From NCBI GenBank assembly GCA_947646585.1, contig CANSHD010000002.1, positions 136,997-200,996 on the forward strand: 64,000 bases of DNA, in the 5' to 3' direction. A program made the position numbers and the translations under genes. The notes under the pieces were generated by a model. It saw nothing but the letters and a program-made list of their open reading frames with translations. It had not been told where the DNA came from and did no database searches. Positions within the stretch are counted from its first letter, which is position 1; every line of letters begins with the position of its first letter. The DNA comes from an uncultured Alphaproteobacteria bacterium. Lineage in GTDB: Bacteria; Pseudomonadota; Alphaproteobacteria; Rs-D84. This document shows, in pieces, positions 36,555 through 46,651 of the stretch.

Positions 36555-37214
36555 ATGGTCGATATCATAATCACAGGTGAATCCGGAAAGCTGCACGCCG
36601 TGTATCACAAGGCGGCCACGCCCGCGGCGCCGCTGGCGGTGGTTCTGTCGGGGAATCCGCGGCAAAAATATCATATGAACGACCGCGTGTCGTATGCAAT
36701 GTTTCGTGCGTTTATGGATATCGGTTTTTCCGTTCTGCGCTTTAATTATCGCGGCGTGAACGATTCCGAAGGGGCCGTCGGCACAACCGCGGACAATATG
36801 CTGGATATCGCGACCGTAATCGACTGGATTCAGAATCACAACGAGGACAGCGATAAAATATGGCTGGCTGGACACGGTCTGGGTGCGTGGTATGTTCTGC
36901 AGGCGATGATGCGCCGGCCAGAGGTGTCGGGCTTTGCACTGGTCTCGCCCGATGCGTCGATTGCGGATTTTGCGTTCTTGTCGCCGCGCCCGAACCGCGG
37001 ACTGTTGCTGCAGGGAACGGGCGAATCCGACGATGCGAAAAGTTTCGGCACCCACTTGACCCAGGTGTTGAAAAAGCAGGCCCAGATTGATTTGGAGACA
37101 ATCCGTGTCCGTGGCGCCGATGCAAATTACAGCGCGCCGGCGGACCTGCGCCAGATGTATAATGATTTAAAGGCCTATGTCGGTCGCGAAAACGCCGAAG
37201 ACAAGTTGTTGTAA
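36555..37214 (+). CDS. Alpha/beta-hydrolase-fold protein with Gly at the nucleophile-elbow position
   Basis: Fold-like pattern; the expected GxSxG reads AGHGLGAW (Ser replaced by Gly). It occupies the position where ruvA normally sits. Confidence 0.55.
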   Translation: MVDIIITGESGKLHAVYHKAATPAAPLAVVLSGNPRQKYHMNDRVSYAMFRAFMDIGFSVLRFNYRGVNDSEGAVGTTADNMLDIATVIDWIQNHNEDSDKIWLAGHGLGAWYVLQAMMRRPEVSGFALVSPDASIADFAFLSPRPNRGLLLQGTGESDDAKSFGTHLTQVLKKQAQIDLETIRVRGADANYSAPADLRQMYNDLKAYVGRENAEDKLL

Positions 37215-37217
37215 GCC

Positions 37218-38213
37218 ATGCAGAACAATACAAACGACAGATTTTTTGACCCCAGCATTCCGGATGACATGGCGGCGTCAATTCGACCGCGCGCCCTGTC
37301 CGACTTTATCGGGCACGAGTCTTTGAAACAGAATCTGGGGGTGTTTATTTCCGGTGCGCGTTCGCGGTCCGAGGCGATGGACCATGTCTTGCTGTACGGT
37401 CCGCCCGGGCTGGGCAAGACGACGTTGGCGCATATTGTCGCAAACGAGCTGGGGACGAACTTCCGCGCGACGGCGGCGCCCATGCTGACCAAACAGGGGG
37501 ATTTGGCGGCGATTTTGACGTCGCTGGAGCCGATGGACGTTTTGTTTATCGATGAAATTCATCGTCTGCCGACGGCGATAGAGGAAGTGCTCTATTCCGC
37601 GATGGAGGATTTTAAGCTGGACATCATGCTGGGCGAAGGGCCCAGCGCAAAAAGCGTCCGCATTGACCTGCCGCCGTTTACTTTGGTCGGCGCAACAACG
37701 CGGACGGGACTGCTGTCCAATCCGTTGCGTGACAGGTTTGGAATTGATTTGCGCCTGTCGTTTTATTCGCCCGAAGACCTGGCAAAAATTATTCAACGCA
37801 GTGCCAATATTCTGGGCACGCCGATTGACGATGCGGGGGCGTTGATGCTGGCGCGCAGTGCACGCGGAACGCCGCGTATTGCAAACCGCCTGTTAAAGCG
37901 TGCACGCGATTTTGCGGCCGCACTGGGCAAAAGCGAGATTTCGGCCGACACGATAAAGACCACCCTGTTCCAGCTGCATATTGATGAAAGCGGCCTGGAC
38001 GAAATAGACCGCGAATACATGACGACAATCGTGCGCCATTATGCCGGCGGGCCGGTCGGTATTGAAAATCTGGCGGCCGCCCTGTCGGAACCGACGGACA
38101 CGATAGAGGATGTGATAGAGCCGTATCTGATGCAGCTGGGCTTTATTCAGCGCACGCCGCGCGGGCGCGTTATAACGGATGCGGGGTATCGGCATTTGGG
38201 GCTGGAAAAATGA
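37218..38213 (+). CDS. ruvB: Holliday junction ATP-dependent DNA helicase RuvB
   Basis: Walker [16 protein letters not shown]. Confidence 0.95.
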   Translation: MQNNTNDRFFDPSIPDDMAASIRPRALSDFIGHESLKQNLGVFISGARSRSEAMDHVLLYGPPGLGKTTLAHIVANELGTNFRATAAPMLTKQGDLAAILTSLEPMDVLFIDEIHRLPTAIEEVLYSAMEDFKLDIMLGEGPSAKSVRIDLPPFTLVGATTRTGLLSNPLRDRFGIDLRLSFYSPEDLAKIIQRSANILGTPIDDAGALMLARSARGTPRIANRLLKRARDFAAALGKSEISADTIKTTLFQLHIDESGLDEIDREYMTTIVRHYAGGPVGIENLAAALSEPTDTIEDVIEPYLMQLGFIQRTPRGRVITDAGYRHLGLEK

Positions 38214-38584
38214 CGGCGCATAAATTTCCGTTTTCTATTTGCTATGCGGATACCGATGCGGGCGGCATCGTGTATCACGGCCGCTATATTGAAATTGCGG
38301 AACGTGCACGCATGAACTGGCTGCGCGGGCATTTTGCCGCGCCGGGCGACGTCGGGTTTGTGGTGCGCGCATTGGCGGTGCGGTATCTGGTGCCGCTGCG
38401 CCTGGGTGACGACTTTGTTGTCGAATCCGAGATTGTAAAGCGTGGCGCGGCCAGTCTGGATATAGAACAAAAGTTCGTGAAAGACGGCGACGTTTGTGCT
38501 ATAATCAATTTAACTGTCGCGTATTTGGGGGCGGATATGCATCCAAAGCGCATCCCGGACAGCATTCTGGGGGCGACGGAATAA
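38210..38584 (+). CDS. ybgC: Tol-Pal-associated acyl-CoA thioesterase YbgC
   Basis: 4HBT fold. [21 protein letters not shown]. Confidence 0.8.
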   Translation: MTAHKFPFSICYADTDAGGIVYHGRYIEIAERARMNWLRGHFAAPGDVGFVVRALAVRYLVPLRLGDDFVVESEIVKRGAASLDIEQKFVKDGDVCAIINLTVAYLGADMHPKRIPDSILGATE

Positions 38585-38613
38585 GTTTTTAATATCATAA
38601 GAAGGAAAGGAAT

Positions 38614-39108
38614 ATGACAAACAATTTTTCATTGTTATCTTTGTTCACGGCCGGCGACATAATGACGCTGGTTATATCGTTGCTGCTGGTCGCGGCCAGC
38701 GTAATGTCATGGGCGATTATTATTGAAAAGTTTCGCCTGTGGCGTGCGCAAAAACGCGCCGCGGCGTTCAAGATTGACGACCGCGACCCCGAATTGTCCG
38801 TCGACCGCATAATACGTCCGTTTGACCGCAATCTGTGGTTCTTGTCGATGGTGTCGTATGTTGCGCCGTTTGTCGGTCTGTTCGGCACCATATGGGGCGT
38901 TATGGATTCTTTTGCGTCAATCGGCGTAAACCAGTCCGTGTCAATCGGCGTAATCGCACCGGGATTGGCGACGGCGCTGGGAACGACCGCACTGGGGCTG
39001 ATTGCGGCGGTGCCGGCGGCGGTTGCGTACCAGTATTTTACACGTCGCGCGGACGATTTGTATGACGGCCTGATGGACAGGGTTCGTGAAAGTCGCATAA
39101 AAAAATAA
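38614..39108 (+). CDS. tolQ: TolQ/ExbB-family proton channel, minimal 164-aa form
   Basis: Three TM segments, with a MotA_ExbB signature in TM2-3. The cytoplasmic loop is truncated compared with the roughly 230-aa TolQ. Confidence 0.7.
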   Translation: MTNNFSLLSLFTAGDIMTLVISLLLVAASVMSWAIIIEKFRLWRAQKRAAAFKIDDRDPELSVDRIIRPFDRNLWFLSMVSYVAPFVGLFGTIWGVMDSFASIGVNQSVSIGVIAPGLATALGTTALGLIAAVPAAVAYQYFTRRADDLYDGLMDRVRESRIKK

Positions 39109-39125
39109 AACGGGGGCAAAAAGAC

Positions 39126-39527
39126 ATGTCTCGTAATGGACGCAGAAAAGCAGACGCCGCAATATCGTTAACGCCGATGATTGATATCATGACGGTGCTG
39201 TTGGCGGTGTTTATGGTAACAACGCCGATGATGACGACGGGTATTGACTTGAACCTGCCGAACGCGGGCAGCTCGGCCCTGACCGGCAACGACCACGCCA
39301 TTCAAATCAGTGTGGACGCCGCGGGCCGCTATTATCTGGGCGATGTTCAGATGACCCGGGACGAGGTTGTACGGCGCGCCGTCGCGATGCGCGGTGAAAA
39401 TCCGCAGCTGACGATTATGATAAACGGCGACCGCGCCGCGGACTATGGCGCGGTTATGTCCGTTATGGGTAAATTAAAAGACGCCGGGTTCCAGCGCGTC
39501 GGCCTGCGCACACAGTTGGACAAGTAA
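39126..39527 (+). CDS. tolR: TolR/ExbD
   Basis: ISLTPMIDIMTVLLAVFMV plus a periplasmic domain. Confidence 0.8.
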   Translation: MSRNGRRKADAAISLTPMIDIMTVLLAVFMVTTPMMTTGIDLNLPNAGSSALTGNDHAIQISVDAAGRYYLGDVQMTRDEVVRRAVAMRGENPQLTIMINGDRAADYGAVMSVMGKLKDAGFQRVGLRTQLDK

Positions 39528-39535
39528 TTGCGGAT

Positions 39536-40291
39536 ATGAAAAAATTTAATCAATTTTCGTCGGAAAACATGCTGATGTCCGTGGGCGGGCATCTGGCGCT
39601 GGTGGCGATAATGGTGACCTCGTTTGCCATTGTGGTAGAGCGTGCGCGCCTGGTCGCGCCCGACCGGGTTGAGATTACGGAAATCGATTTAAGCGCCGTA
39701 AAGGTGTCCGGTGACGAAACACGGCTGTATAACACGGCGGCGGCAAACAGCGACGTGCCGGATGCGACGCCCGAAACGCCAAAGCCTGCGCCAGAGCCGG
39801 TTCCCGTGCCCGAGCCGATAACGGAACCGTCCATGGCGGAGCCCGACCCCGCGCCCGAGCCGGCGAAAAAAGCGGAGCCCGAACAGCCCAAAGAAGACAA
39901 AAAGGTTGAAGATTTGCCGGCACCGCGAAAGCGTACGGTGGTGCGCGTAAATCGTGAGACGGTGTCGCTGGACCGCACGCTGACGATATCGGTTGTCGAT
40001 GCGCTGCGTGTGGCGATGACGCGCTGCTGGACCATTGATACGACGCGTGCGGATATTTCGGATATACGTGCGGTGGCGCATTTAACCATGCGCCCGAACG
40101 GCACGGTTCGCGACGTCTGGTTCGAAGGGGCCGCCGCGGCCGAGACGGACCCGGCGTTCGCATATGTTCTGGATACAATTCGCGCGGCGATAAACGTGTG
40201 CCAGCCGTTTAAAATGCTGCCGCCGAATGAATTTTCCAAATGGGAAAAAATTCAGTTAACTTTTTATCCGACCCAGGGTAAGGTTATGTAG
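39536..40291 (+). CDS. tolA: TolA-like (or TonB-like) protein: N-terminal TM, Pro/Glu-rich linker, C-terminal domain
   Basis: Positionally the third gene after ybgC-tolQ-tolR, matching the conserved alphaproteobacterial order. PEPxPxP linker. Confidence 0.55.
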   Translation: MKKFNQFSSENMLMSVGGHLALVAIMVTSFAIVVERARLVAPDRVEITEIDLSAVKVSGDETRLYNTAAANSDVPDATPETPKPAPEPVPVPEPITEPSMAEPDPAPEPAKKAEPEQPKEDKKVEDLPAPRKRTVVRVNRETVSLDRTLTISVVDALRVAMTRCWTIDTTRADISDIRAVAHLTMRPNGTVRDVWFEGAAAAETDPAFAYVLDTIRAAINVCQPFKMLPPNEFSKWEKIQLTFYPTQGKVM

Positions 40292-40340
40292 TTGTTCGCG
40301 GGGGGGCACGGCAGAGAGAATAATATAAAAAGGAACGCAG

Positions 40341-41453
40341 ATGCGCGACGATTATTATTCTGAAAACTGGTCCCAGGCAACGGAAAAATTTTACAAATCC
40401 GCCATGGCGCACGGTGATTTGCGGTGGTGTGTGGCGGCAGGCCATTCCTTTGATATTCCATATGTTAAAATCGGCGACGGCGACAATCATATAGTGATTA
40501 ACTCCGGCATACATGGTCTGGAGGGATATTTCGGCAGTGCGGCGCAACTGATGTTTTTAAATGAGTTTGTGCGAAATTTGCCGCCGCGCGCTTTGGAGAA
40601 ATACACGATTTCATTGATTCATATCATCAACGGGTGGGGAATGGAAAACCGCATGCGCGAAGTGCGCGACGCATCCGGCGGTTTGGTGGATTTGAACCGT
40701 AATTTCGGAATTGATTTTACGCGTCCGGATGCCCTGCCCCGGAATTCAAAGTATGAACTGTCGCATGATTTGCTGGTATCGCGCCCGGATGCGGTTGCGA
40801 AAAAGAACGCGATAAAGGAGTTTCGGCGTCTGCATCTGCGTGACGGCGTATGGGACGCAATCAGTCACGGCCAGTACGCGCATCCGGACGGATTGTTTTA
40901 TGGCGGCGCCGCCCCGACGGTGGAAAGCCGCATGGCATTGGGCATTTATGATGAAATAATGGCGAACGGGGCGCGGTCGCTGACATCGATTGGGCTGCAT
41001 ACGGGACTTGGGCGGTTTGACCGGCGCCGCGGGCGTGTCAGCGCACAGTTGCTGGTATCGCATCCGTCGTCGCACCCGAACACAAAGTATTTTGAAAACA
41101 TGTTCCCGGGGACCTGTGTCGCGTCGGATGAAAACGCGGTGTCGGGGCCGACGCTGCTGGGCGATTTGGTCGATTGTCTTGAGGCGCGTTATGCGCCGCG
41201 CGGGATTCCGGTTTATACGGCGGATTATGAAATCGGAACCGGTGAATTTCCAATAATGTCCCCGATATACAAGCGCATGGATATGGGCGATGCGCGGTAT
41301 GACTTGCGACATTACGGGCGTATTAGTCACCAGACGCATCGCAATTTGACGGAAAGCTGGTATCCGTCGTCGCCGGTATGGCGTGCGTCGGCACTGGGCC
41401 GGGCGTATGTTTTGTTCACGGAAATGATTGACAATATGCGCCGCCAGAAATAA
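40341..41453 (+). CDS. M14-like zinc carboxypeptidase / DUF2817-like protein. It sits where tolB-pal would be expected.
   Basis: GIHGLEGYFG resembles the HxxE zinc-binding motif of the M14/AstE-AspA superfamily. Confidence 0.45.
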   Translation: MRDDYYSENWSQATEKFYKSAMAHGDLRWCVAAGHSFDIPYVKIGDGDNHIVINSGIHGLEGYFGSAAQLMFLNEFVRNLPPRALEKYTISLIHIINGWGMENRMREVRDASGGLVDLNRNFGIDFTRPDALPRNSKYELSHDLLVSRPDAVAKKNAIKEFRRLHLRDGVWDAISHGQYAHPDGLFYGGAAPTVESRMALGIYDEIMANGARSLTSIGLHTGLGRFDRRRGRVSAQLLVSHPSSHPNTKYFENMFPGTCVASDENAVSGPTLLGDLVDCLEARYAPRGIPVYTADYEIGTGEFPIMSPIYKRMDMGDARYDLRHYGRISHQTHRNLTESWYPSSPVWRASALGRAYVLFTEMIDNMRRQK

Positions 41454-41575
41454 TTCCCCCGCCATACGGCGGGATTTTTTTGTGTAATTATTACTGGATT
41501 GCCGCGTCGGCGCAGGCGCCTCCTCGCAATGACAATGGGGATACAGAATAAAACAACCGCCCCCGCAGGGGCGGT

Positions 41576-41907
41576 GTGCAGATACACTATAAGCCGGATT
41601 CTGTACTGCCGCGGGCCCAGTCTTTTCACAACCACGCCCGGGTAGCGAACATAATTAATCTGCATTTCGTGTTGCCACGAATGTCAAGCCTTCTACCCGC
41701 CCCCAATCCTGGGACTGGTCACAGGGGGCCTATTTGAAGTTGCTGCGCATAGAGATTGGCCGTTTCACTCGAACTAAATCGATTCGTCACTGTTCCTCTA
41801 ATCGTCGGGTCGCCCCGCCCGGTCATTAGCCGGTATGCCGTCCCATGCAGTCCGGACTTTCCTCCGACCCATAAGGCCGGCTATGTTCCGTGCATCTTAC
41901 GCGTGCA
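41576..41907 (-). ncRNA. rnpB: RNase P RNA (bacterial type A, apparently reduced P12 region), followed by a terminator at 41549-41575
   Basis: The minus strand reads GGAAAGTCCGGACTGCATGGGACGGCATACCGGCTAATGACCGGGCGGGGCGACCCGACG ... CAAATAGG ... GGGTAGAAGGCTTGA ... ACAGAATCCGGCTTA. This tracks the E. coli M1 RNA P4/P5/P15 consensus. The 3' flank is accgcccctgcgggggcggt followed by a T-run. Confidence 0.8.
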
Positions 41908-42024
41908 ATACTAACAGCAATAAAAAAAAATTCAAATAAATTTGCGCCGCCGATATATTTTTTTGCTTGAACCGTTTCCATGATTTTTTCTATGATTAGT
42001 ATCAGAGAAAAAAAGTGGGGAATT

Positions 42025-45000
42025 ATGTCCAAAATTATACGCGTTTTTGCGTGCTTGTTCACGTTGTTTTTTGTAGGCTCAGCATATGCGGCGGGATATA
42101 CCTGTAATGATTTAAAGAAATACACGTCGTGTTCGTCCGGGTATTATATGACCAAGGGCGGTGTTTATAACGGCACAGCCCAGGTTGGCAATGCCTGTAC
42201 GGCGTGTGCGTCGGGCTGTACGTGCGCCGGCGGAACCGCGGCGCCGGTATGCGGCAAGACGTGTGCGGCGGGAACTTATTGGAACGGCAGTGCGTGCGCG
42301 ACATGTCCCAACGGATATTACTGTCCCGGATTTTCAAATGTTCAAAACCCGGAGACAAATTACGGGCGCAACGCGTGCCCGACCGCAAACTCGACAACTG
42401 CGGCGGCATCGTCGGCTTACCCGGATGTGTTTTATCCATATACGTCGACATCGGGTTCGGTGGATAAAACCACAGCGCCGACACGCAATTCAATCGGTAA
42501 TCAATCCTGGAACAGTTCTGGATCCGCCATTACGGATTGTAAGGCATATTATGGATTTAGTGGCGCCGGCGGTTATTTCCAAGCGGATAATGTGCGCTAT
42601 AATACCTCGACCGGCAAATACGATAACTTCTCCGGCGCTGATATATATTACAGCAGTGCCGTGGCCGGTTATTACCTGTACACCAAGTACAGCGATACAT
42701 ATTGCAACACAGGCACAAACCGCATGTTGTATAGAAAAGCGGTCGCCTGCCCTGCCGGGTCTTATTGCCCGGGCGGAAGTGTTCCGCAATGTAGTACCGG
42801 TACGCATAACAACGAATGGGGGCGTAATACTTGTCCGGCGGGTAAGTATTGTCCAGCCAAGTCTTCGGCAGGCACAAACTGTGCCGCCGGAACGTACCGC
42901 AGCGCGACAGGCGGTACCGCCGCCAGCAGCTGTACGGCATGTGCGATAGGTTCTTATAGTTCGGCCGGGGCGACCGGGTGTACGGCGTGTACCGGTGGCA
43001 AGACGACAACCGCCACGGGCCAGTTGTCATGTAACGCGACATGTACAAACGCCACCGGAGCCAGCACATGGACCGCCGCATCATGGTCGGCCAACAGTGT
43101 GACAAACAAGTGCGCAATTAATGCATGCGCGACCGGATACACCCGTGGCGGCACGGCCAGCAGTACCGGAACCAGCTCTTACACATGTTCGGCGAACTGT
43201 AATGCGATTACATTGAACGCAACGCAAAACGGCGGCAGCGGCACCGCAACGACGCTGTATAAAAAGTCCGGCTCAACAACGTGGTACAGCAATAATGCCT
43301 GCTCTACTACGATAACCACCCTGTCGTCGCGCCCGACCAAGACGCACGCGACATATGCGGGACATTATAACACCCGCGCCGCATCCGGCGGGACGCAGTG
43401 CGTGACCGCGACGGGCGCGCTTAGCACCTCGACCTCTTGCAACGTAACGGGCGCAACCACTTTTTATCCGCAGTTTACATGTAATACGGGTTGGACCAAT
43501 GCGGGTACGCGCATTTCAGGGACATGTACGGCGACAACGAACACGATAACGCTGAACAAAAACGGCGGTACGGGTACTTGTGGCGGTCAAAGCGGCACAA
43601 CAAACGGCAGCACGACATGTACCACGGGCAGCACCAAGTCCCTGCCGACATGGGACAGTAGCAGCTGCAGCATAACCAACGGAAACGAGATATTTAAGGG
43701 CTGGTCCACCAGCAGCAGCGCAACCAGTGGTTCAACGTCCATAACATGTCCGACGGGCGCCGCGACATACTATGCCGCGTGGACGACGCCGACATGCAGT
43801 GCGACGAACGGAACATGCGCGATAACCACGCCCAGCAGTAATGCGCCGCGTGGGACGATAAGCTGCTCCATGGGATACAGCCAATCCGGTGGCACAAATC
43901 GCACAACCAGCTTTACCGTCACGGGTAGCGCGGGCGGTACCAGCGTGTCCGGGACATGTTATGCTGTGACCAGCACCGTATCGTTCAATCTGAACGGTGG
44001 CAGCGGCAACCAGCCGAACAATGTTACGGCCACATACGGCAGCAATATGCCGGCGCTTAGCACCAGTGCCAACCCGTCACGCACAGGATATACTTTCGGC
44101 GGTTGGTATGACACCAGCGCTGCAACCGGCGGAACCCAGTATTATAATACCAGCCGCGGTTCAGCGCGTACGTGGAACAAGACGGATGCCAGTGTGACGC
44201 TGTACGCGCGCTGGACCGCCAATACATTCACGGTTGTTTATAACCTGAACAATGGAACCGGGACGAAGCCGGCAAATAAAACTTGTACCTATAATAGCGC
44301 GTGTGCACTGGATGCCGGAACCGGTACGGGTTATTATCGTAACGGATATGTATTAAAGGGTTGGAGCACCACCAGCAGCGCAACGAGCGGCTCGTTCGAC
44401 GGCAAGAATTTAGCGGCCAGCGGCACTGTAAACGTGTATGCGGTATGGACGCCTTGCGGCGCCGGCACCGCCAAGGCCGCCGGCACCGCTGCGGCAACCA
44501 CATGTACGACCTGTGCGGCGGGTACATATACAAGCACAACGGCTCAGTCCAGCTGTGCGGTATGCAGTGGCAATACATATAACGCAGAAACAGGCAAGAC
44601 ATCTTGTAGCGCATGTCCAGATGGATACGGCATCAGTGGCACGGCGGCCGCAGACCATGATGCCAAGGGCGACTGTAAGATTAGCTGCTCGGGCGGTAAT
44701 CGTGTTGCGACATCTGACGCAAAGTGCACGACCAGTGCCGGAACCGGATACTATATTGCAAATCATACGGTATCTGCAGGCACTACGTCACCGGCGGCAA
44801 CGCAGTGCCCGGTCGGATATCGTGACGGCGCGGCGACAGATGACCAGGGCAAGTGTGTAATGAACGTTGTAAAGGGTAAGTACGTTGCCAAAGCTAATGA
44901 TGAAGCGGCAACCAAGTGTGCGGCTGGCACGGCAAGGACGGCGCATACTGTGACATATGGTAAAACATCGTCATGCAGTGCATGTACGGGGCGTACCAAG

Positions 45001-46248
45001 TGGAGTGCGGAAGGGGCTGAGACCTGCAGCACGGTGTCAAATGGGTACTATACTACGGGTTGCACGAATAACAACAACTGTACCGGCCAGTCACAGTGTA
45101 CAGGCGCAACATACTGCAGTGGGGGTGTTCAGAACAATTGTCCGGCGGCGGAAAGCACCTGGACCCTGGGGACGGGAACCGGTTGGTCGGCGGTCACCAG
45201 CTGCTTTGAAACAAAGGCGGCCACAGCGGTCAGCACATATTGCAGCGAGGGCCAGTTGAAGAAAAATGCGACCAACACGACAACATGGGGCGCGGCGACC
45301 ATATCAAGTGCCTTTAAGGCAAAGGCGGGTTCGATAGTGTCCGGTCAGACATGTACGCAGTGTACCGGCGCGACATACAGTGCGGGTGGCACGGTGACGG
45401 AATGCGCCGCCTGTCCGACAGGGTATGCGTCAAACACAACGGCGGGCAAGACAGTCGTCGGCCAGTGCCAGGCGTCATGTGCGGCGGGATATGCGGTACA
45501 GACTGCGAACGAGGCCTGCAAGATAGTCGCCAGCGGTTATCAGACCGGCACTCACGTCGTCAGCTATGGTTCCAAGACTCCGACGGCGGCGGACAGCACC
45601 AGCCCGGCGGCGGGAACATGGTACAGCTGTCTGACGAATTATAGCGCGTCCGGCACGGCGGCCACAGACCATGACGCGCGCAGCGACTGTAAAATAAGCT
45701 GCGGCGCCGGTACACGGATTGCGTCCGCGAACGCGACCAGCTGCACCACCCCCAGCGGGAACTGGTATGTCGGCGCGCACAGCGTCGCGGCAGGCAGCGC
45801 GTCGTCGGTCAGCAGCTGTCTGACGAACTATACAATTGGCGGTAGCGCGGCAACGGACCACGATGCGGCGGCGGATTGCAAGATAAGATGTGGCGGCGGT
45901 GCGTATGTTGCCAAGGCAAACGATACGTCCTGTACGAATGTCGGTGCGGGATACTGGGCGGCGGCCTCGACCGTGTCGCAGGGAAGTGCCGGCAGTCGTA
46001 CGGCATGCGCGTCGGGTCTGACGACAATCGGGTACGGTGCGGGCGCGGACGAGGCGGCGGATTGCGGTCATATCCTGCATCTGGGCGACAGCAAGCTGTA
46101 TCTGCGCAGTACGAAAAAGACCACGCCGTCGTTGAATGTAAAGATTGGCGACAGCACCTTCTATGGCAACATGAGTACGGCGACCAAGGGCAAGCTGCGC
46201 GTCAAGAAAGACAACACTACCTACAGTGTTCACGACGACAGCATGTAA
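42025..46248 (+). CDS. Giant secreted Cys-rich protein (about 1400 aa) with tandem CxxC...GxY (GCC2/GCC3 or ephrin-receptor-like) repeats and Listeria-Bacteroides (Flg_new) repeats
   Basis: Signal peptide MSKIIRVFACLFTLFFVGSAYA. Many repeats of the form C.AGTY....G....C..C. The segments TGYTFGGWYDTSAATGG...VTLYARWT and YVLKGWSTTSS...VNVYAVWT match the Flg_new pattern. Confidence 0.75.
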   Translation: MSKIIRVFACLFTLFFVGSAYAAGYTCNDLKKYTSCSSGYYMTKGGVYNGTAQVGNACTACASGCTCAGGTAAPVCGKTCAAGTYWNGSACATCPNGYYCPGFSNVQNPETNYGRNACPTANSTTAAASSAYPDVFYPYTSTSGSVDKTTAPTRNSIGNQSWNSSGSAITDCKAYYGFSGAGGYFQADNVRYNTSTGKYDNFSGADIYYSSAVAGYYLYTKYSDTYCNTGTNRMLYRKAVACPAGSYCPGGSVPQCSTGTHNNEWGRNTCPAGKYCPAKSSAGTNCAAGTYRSATGGTAASSCTACAIGSYSSAGATGCTACTGGKTTTATGQLSCNATCTNATGASTWTAASWSANSVTNKCAINACATGYTRGGTASSTGTSSYTCSANCNAITLNATQNGGSGTATTLYKKSGSTTWYSNNACSTTITTLSSRPTKTHATYAGHYNTRAASGGTQCVTATGALSTSTSCNVTGATTFYPQFTCNTGWTNAGTRISGTCTATTNTITLNKNGGTGTCGGQSGTTNGSTTCTTGSTKSLPTWDSSSCSITNGNEIFKGWSTSSSATSGSTSITCPTGAATYYAAWTTPTCSATNGTCAITTPSSNAPRGTISCSMGYSQSGGTNRTTSFTVTGSAGGTSVSGTCYAVTSTVSFNLNGGSGNQPNNVTATYGSNMPALSTSANPSRTGYTFGGWYDTSAATGGTQYYNTSRGSARTWNKTDASVTLYARWTANTFTVVYNLNNGTGTKPANKTCTYNSACALDAGTGTGYYRNGYVLKGWSTTSSATSGSFDGKNLAASGTVNVYAVWTPCGAGTAKAAGTAAATTCTTCAAGTYTSTTAQSSCAVCSGNTYNAETGKTSCSACPDGYGISGTAAADHDAKGDCKISCSGGNRVATSDAKCTTSAGTGYYIANHTVSAGTTSPAATQCPVGYRDGAATDDQGKCVMNVVKGKYVAKANDEAATKCAAGTARTAHTVTYGKTSSCSACTGRTKWSAEGAETCSTVSNGYYTTGCTNNNNCTGQSQCTGATYCSGGVQNNCPAAESTWTLGTGTGWSAVTSCFETKAATAVSTYCSEGQLKKNATNTTTWGAATISSAFKAKAGSIVSGQTCTQCTGATYSAGGTVTECAACPTGYASNTTAGKTVVGQCQASCAAGYAVQTANEACKIVASGYQTGTHVVSYGSKTPTAADSTSPAAGTWYSCLTNYSASGTAATDHDARSDCKISCGAGTRIASANATSCTTPSGNWYVGAHSVAAGSASSVSSCLTNYTIGGSAATDHDAAADCKIRCGGGAYVAKANDTSCTNVGAGYWAAASTVSQGSAGSRTACASGLTTIGYGAGADEAADCGHILHLGDSKLYLRSTKKTTPSLNVKIGDSTFYGNMSTATKGKLRVKKDNTTYSVHDDSM

Positions 46249-46249
46249 A

Positions 46250-46278
46250 AGAAAACGCCCGAAACGGGCGTTTTTTAT
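46250..46278. terminator. Bidirectional terminator
   Basis: aaaacgcccgaaacgggcgtttttt. Confidence 0.7.
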
Positions 46279-46297
46279 TTAAGAAATAAGATTCTGA

Positions 46298-46513
46298 TTA
46301 TTTACCGGCACCCTGGCGGCGTGCCGCGGCCAGTGCCCGGCGCAGTGATTCTTCGGCGATTTGGCGTATTTTGGGCGCAAATGTGCGCATGTTCATGGTG
46401 TCGGCCACGCTGTCGGCGAAAAGTCTGGATATATATTCGATTTGGGTCGGCGCAACTACGAAAATGTCGCTGGTTATGTCGGAAGTATTTAGCTGCTGTA
46501 TAGGTTCTTTCAT
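46298..46513 (-). CDS. Small hypothetical protein (71 aa), divergent from secA
   Basis: Strong RBS ggggagga. Starts MKEPIQQLNTSDITSDIFVV... Confidence 0.4.
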   Translation of the reverse strand: MKEPIQQLNTSDITSDIFVVAPTQIEYISRLFADSVADTMNMRTFAPKIRQIAEESLRRALAAARRQGAGK

Positions 46514-46651
46514 AATAATCCTCCCCTGTTGGTATAATTTTCCTATAATTGCCCCTTGCATGCGTGCCTTGTGTTCATTATATCATAAAGTGCCTTGACC
46601 GCAAGGCGCAAAATTGCTATCGTCTGGCAGATAATAGAAGGAAAAACAAAC

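Noticed and set aside
41327-41665. 112-aa minus ORF
   Set aside because: Falls inside the rnpB RNA gene and its terminator.
45475-46233. 252-aa minus ORF and other long ORFs overlapping the giant Cys-rich gene
   Set aside because: Antisense to a repeat-rich GC gene. Arg-rich. No RBS.
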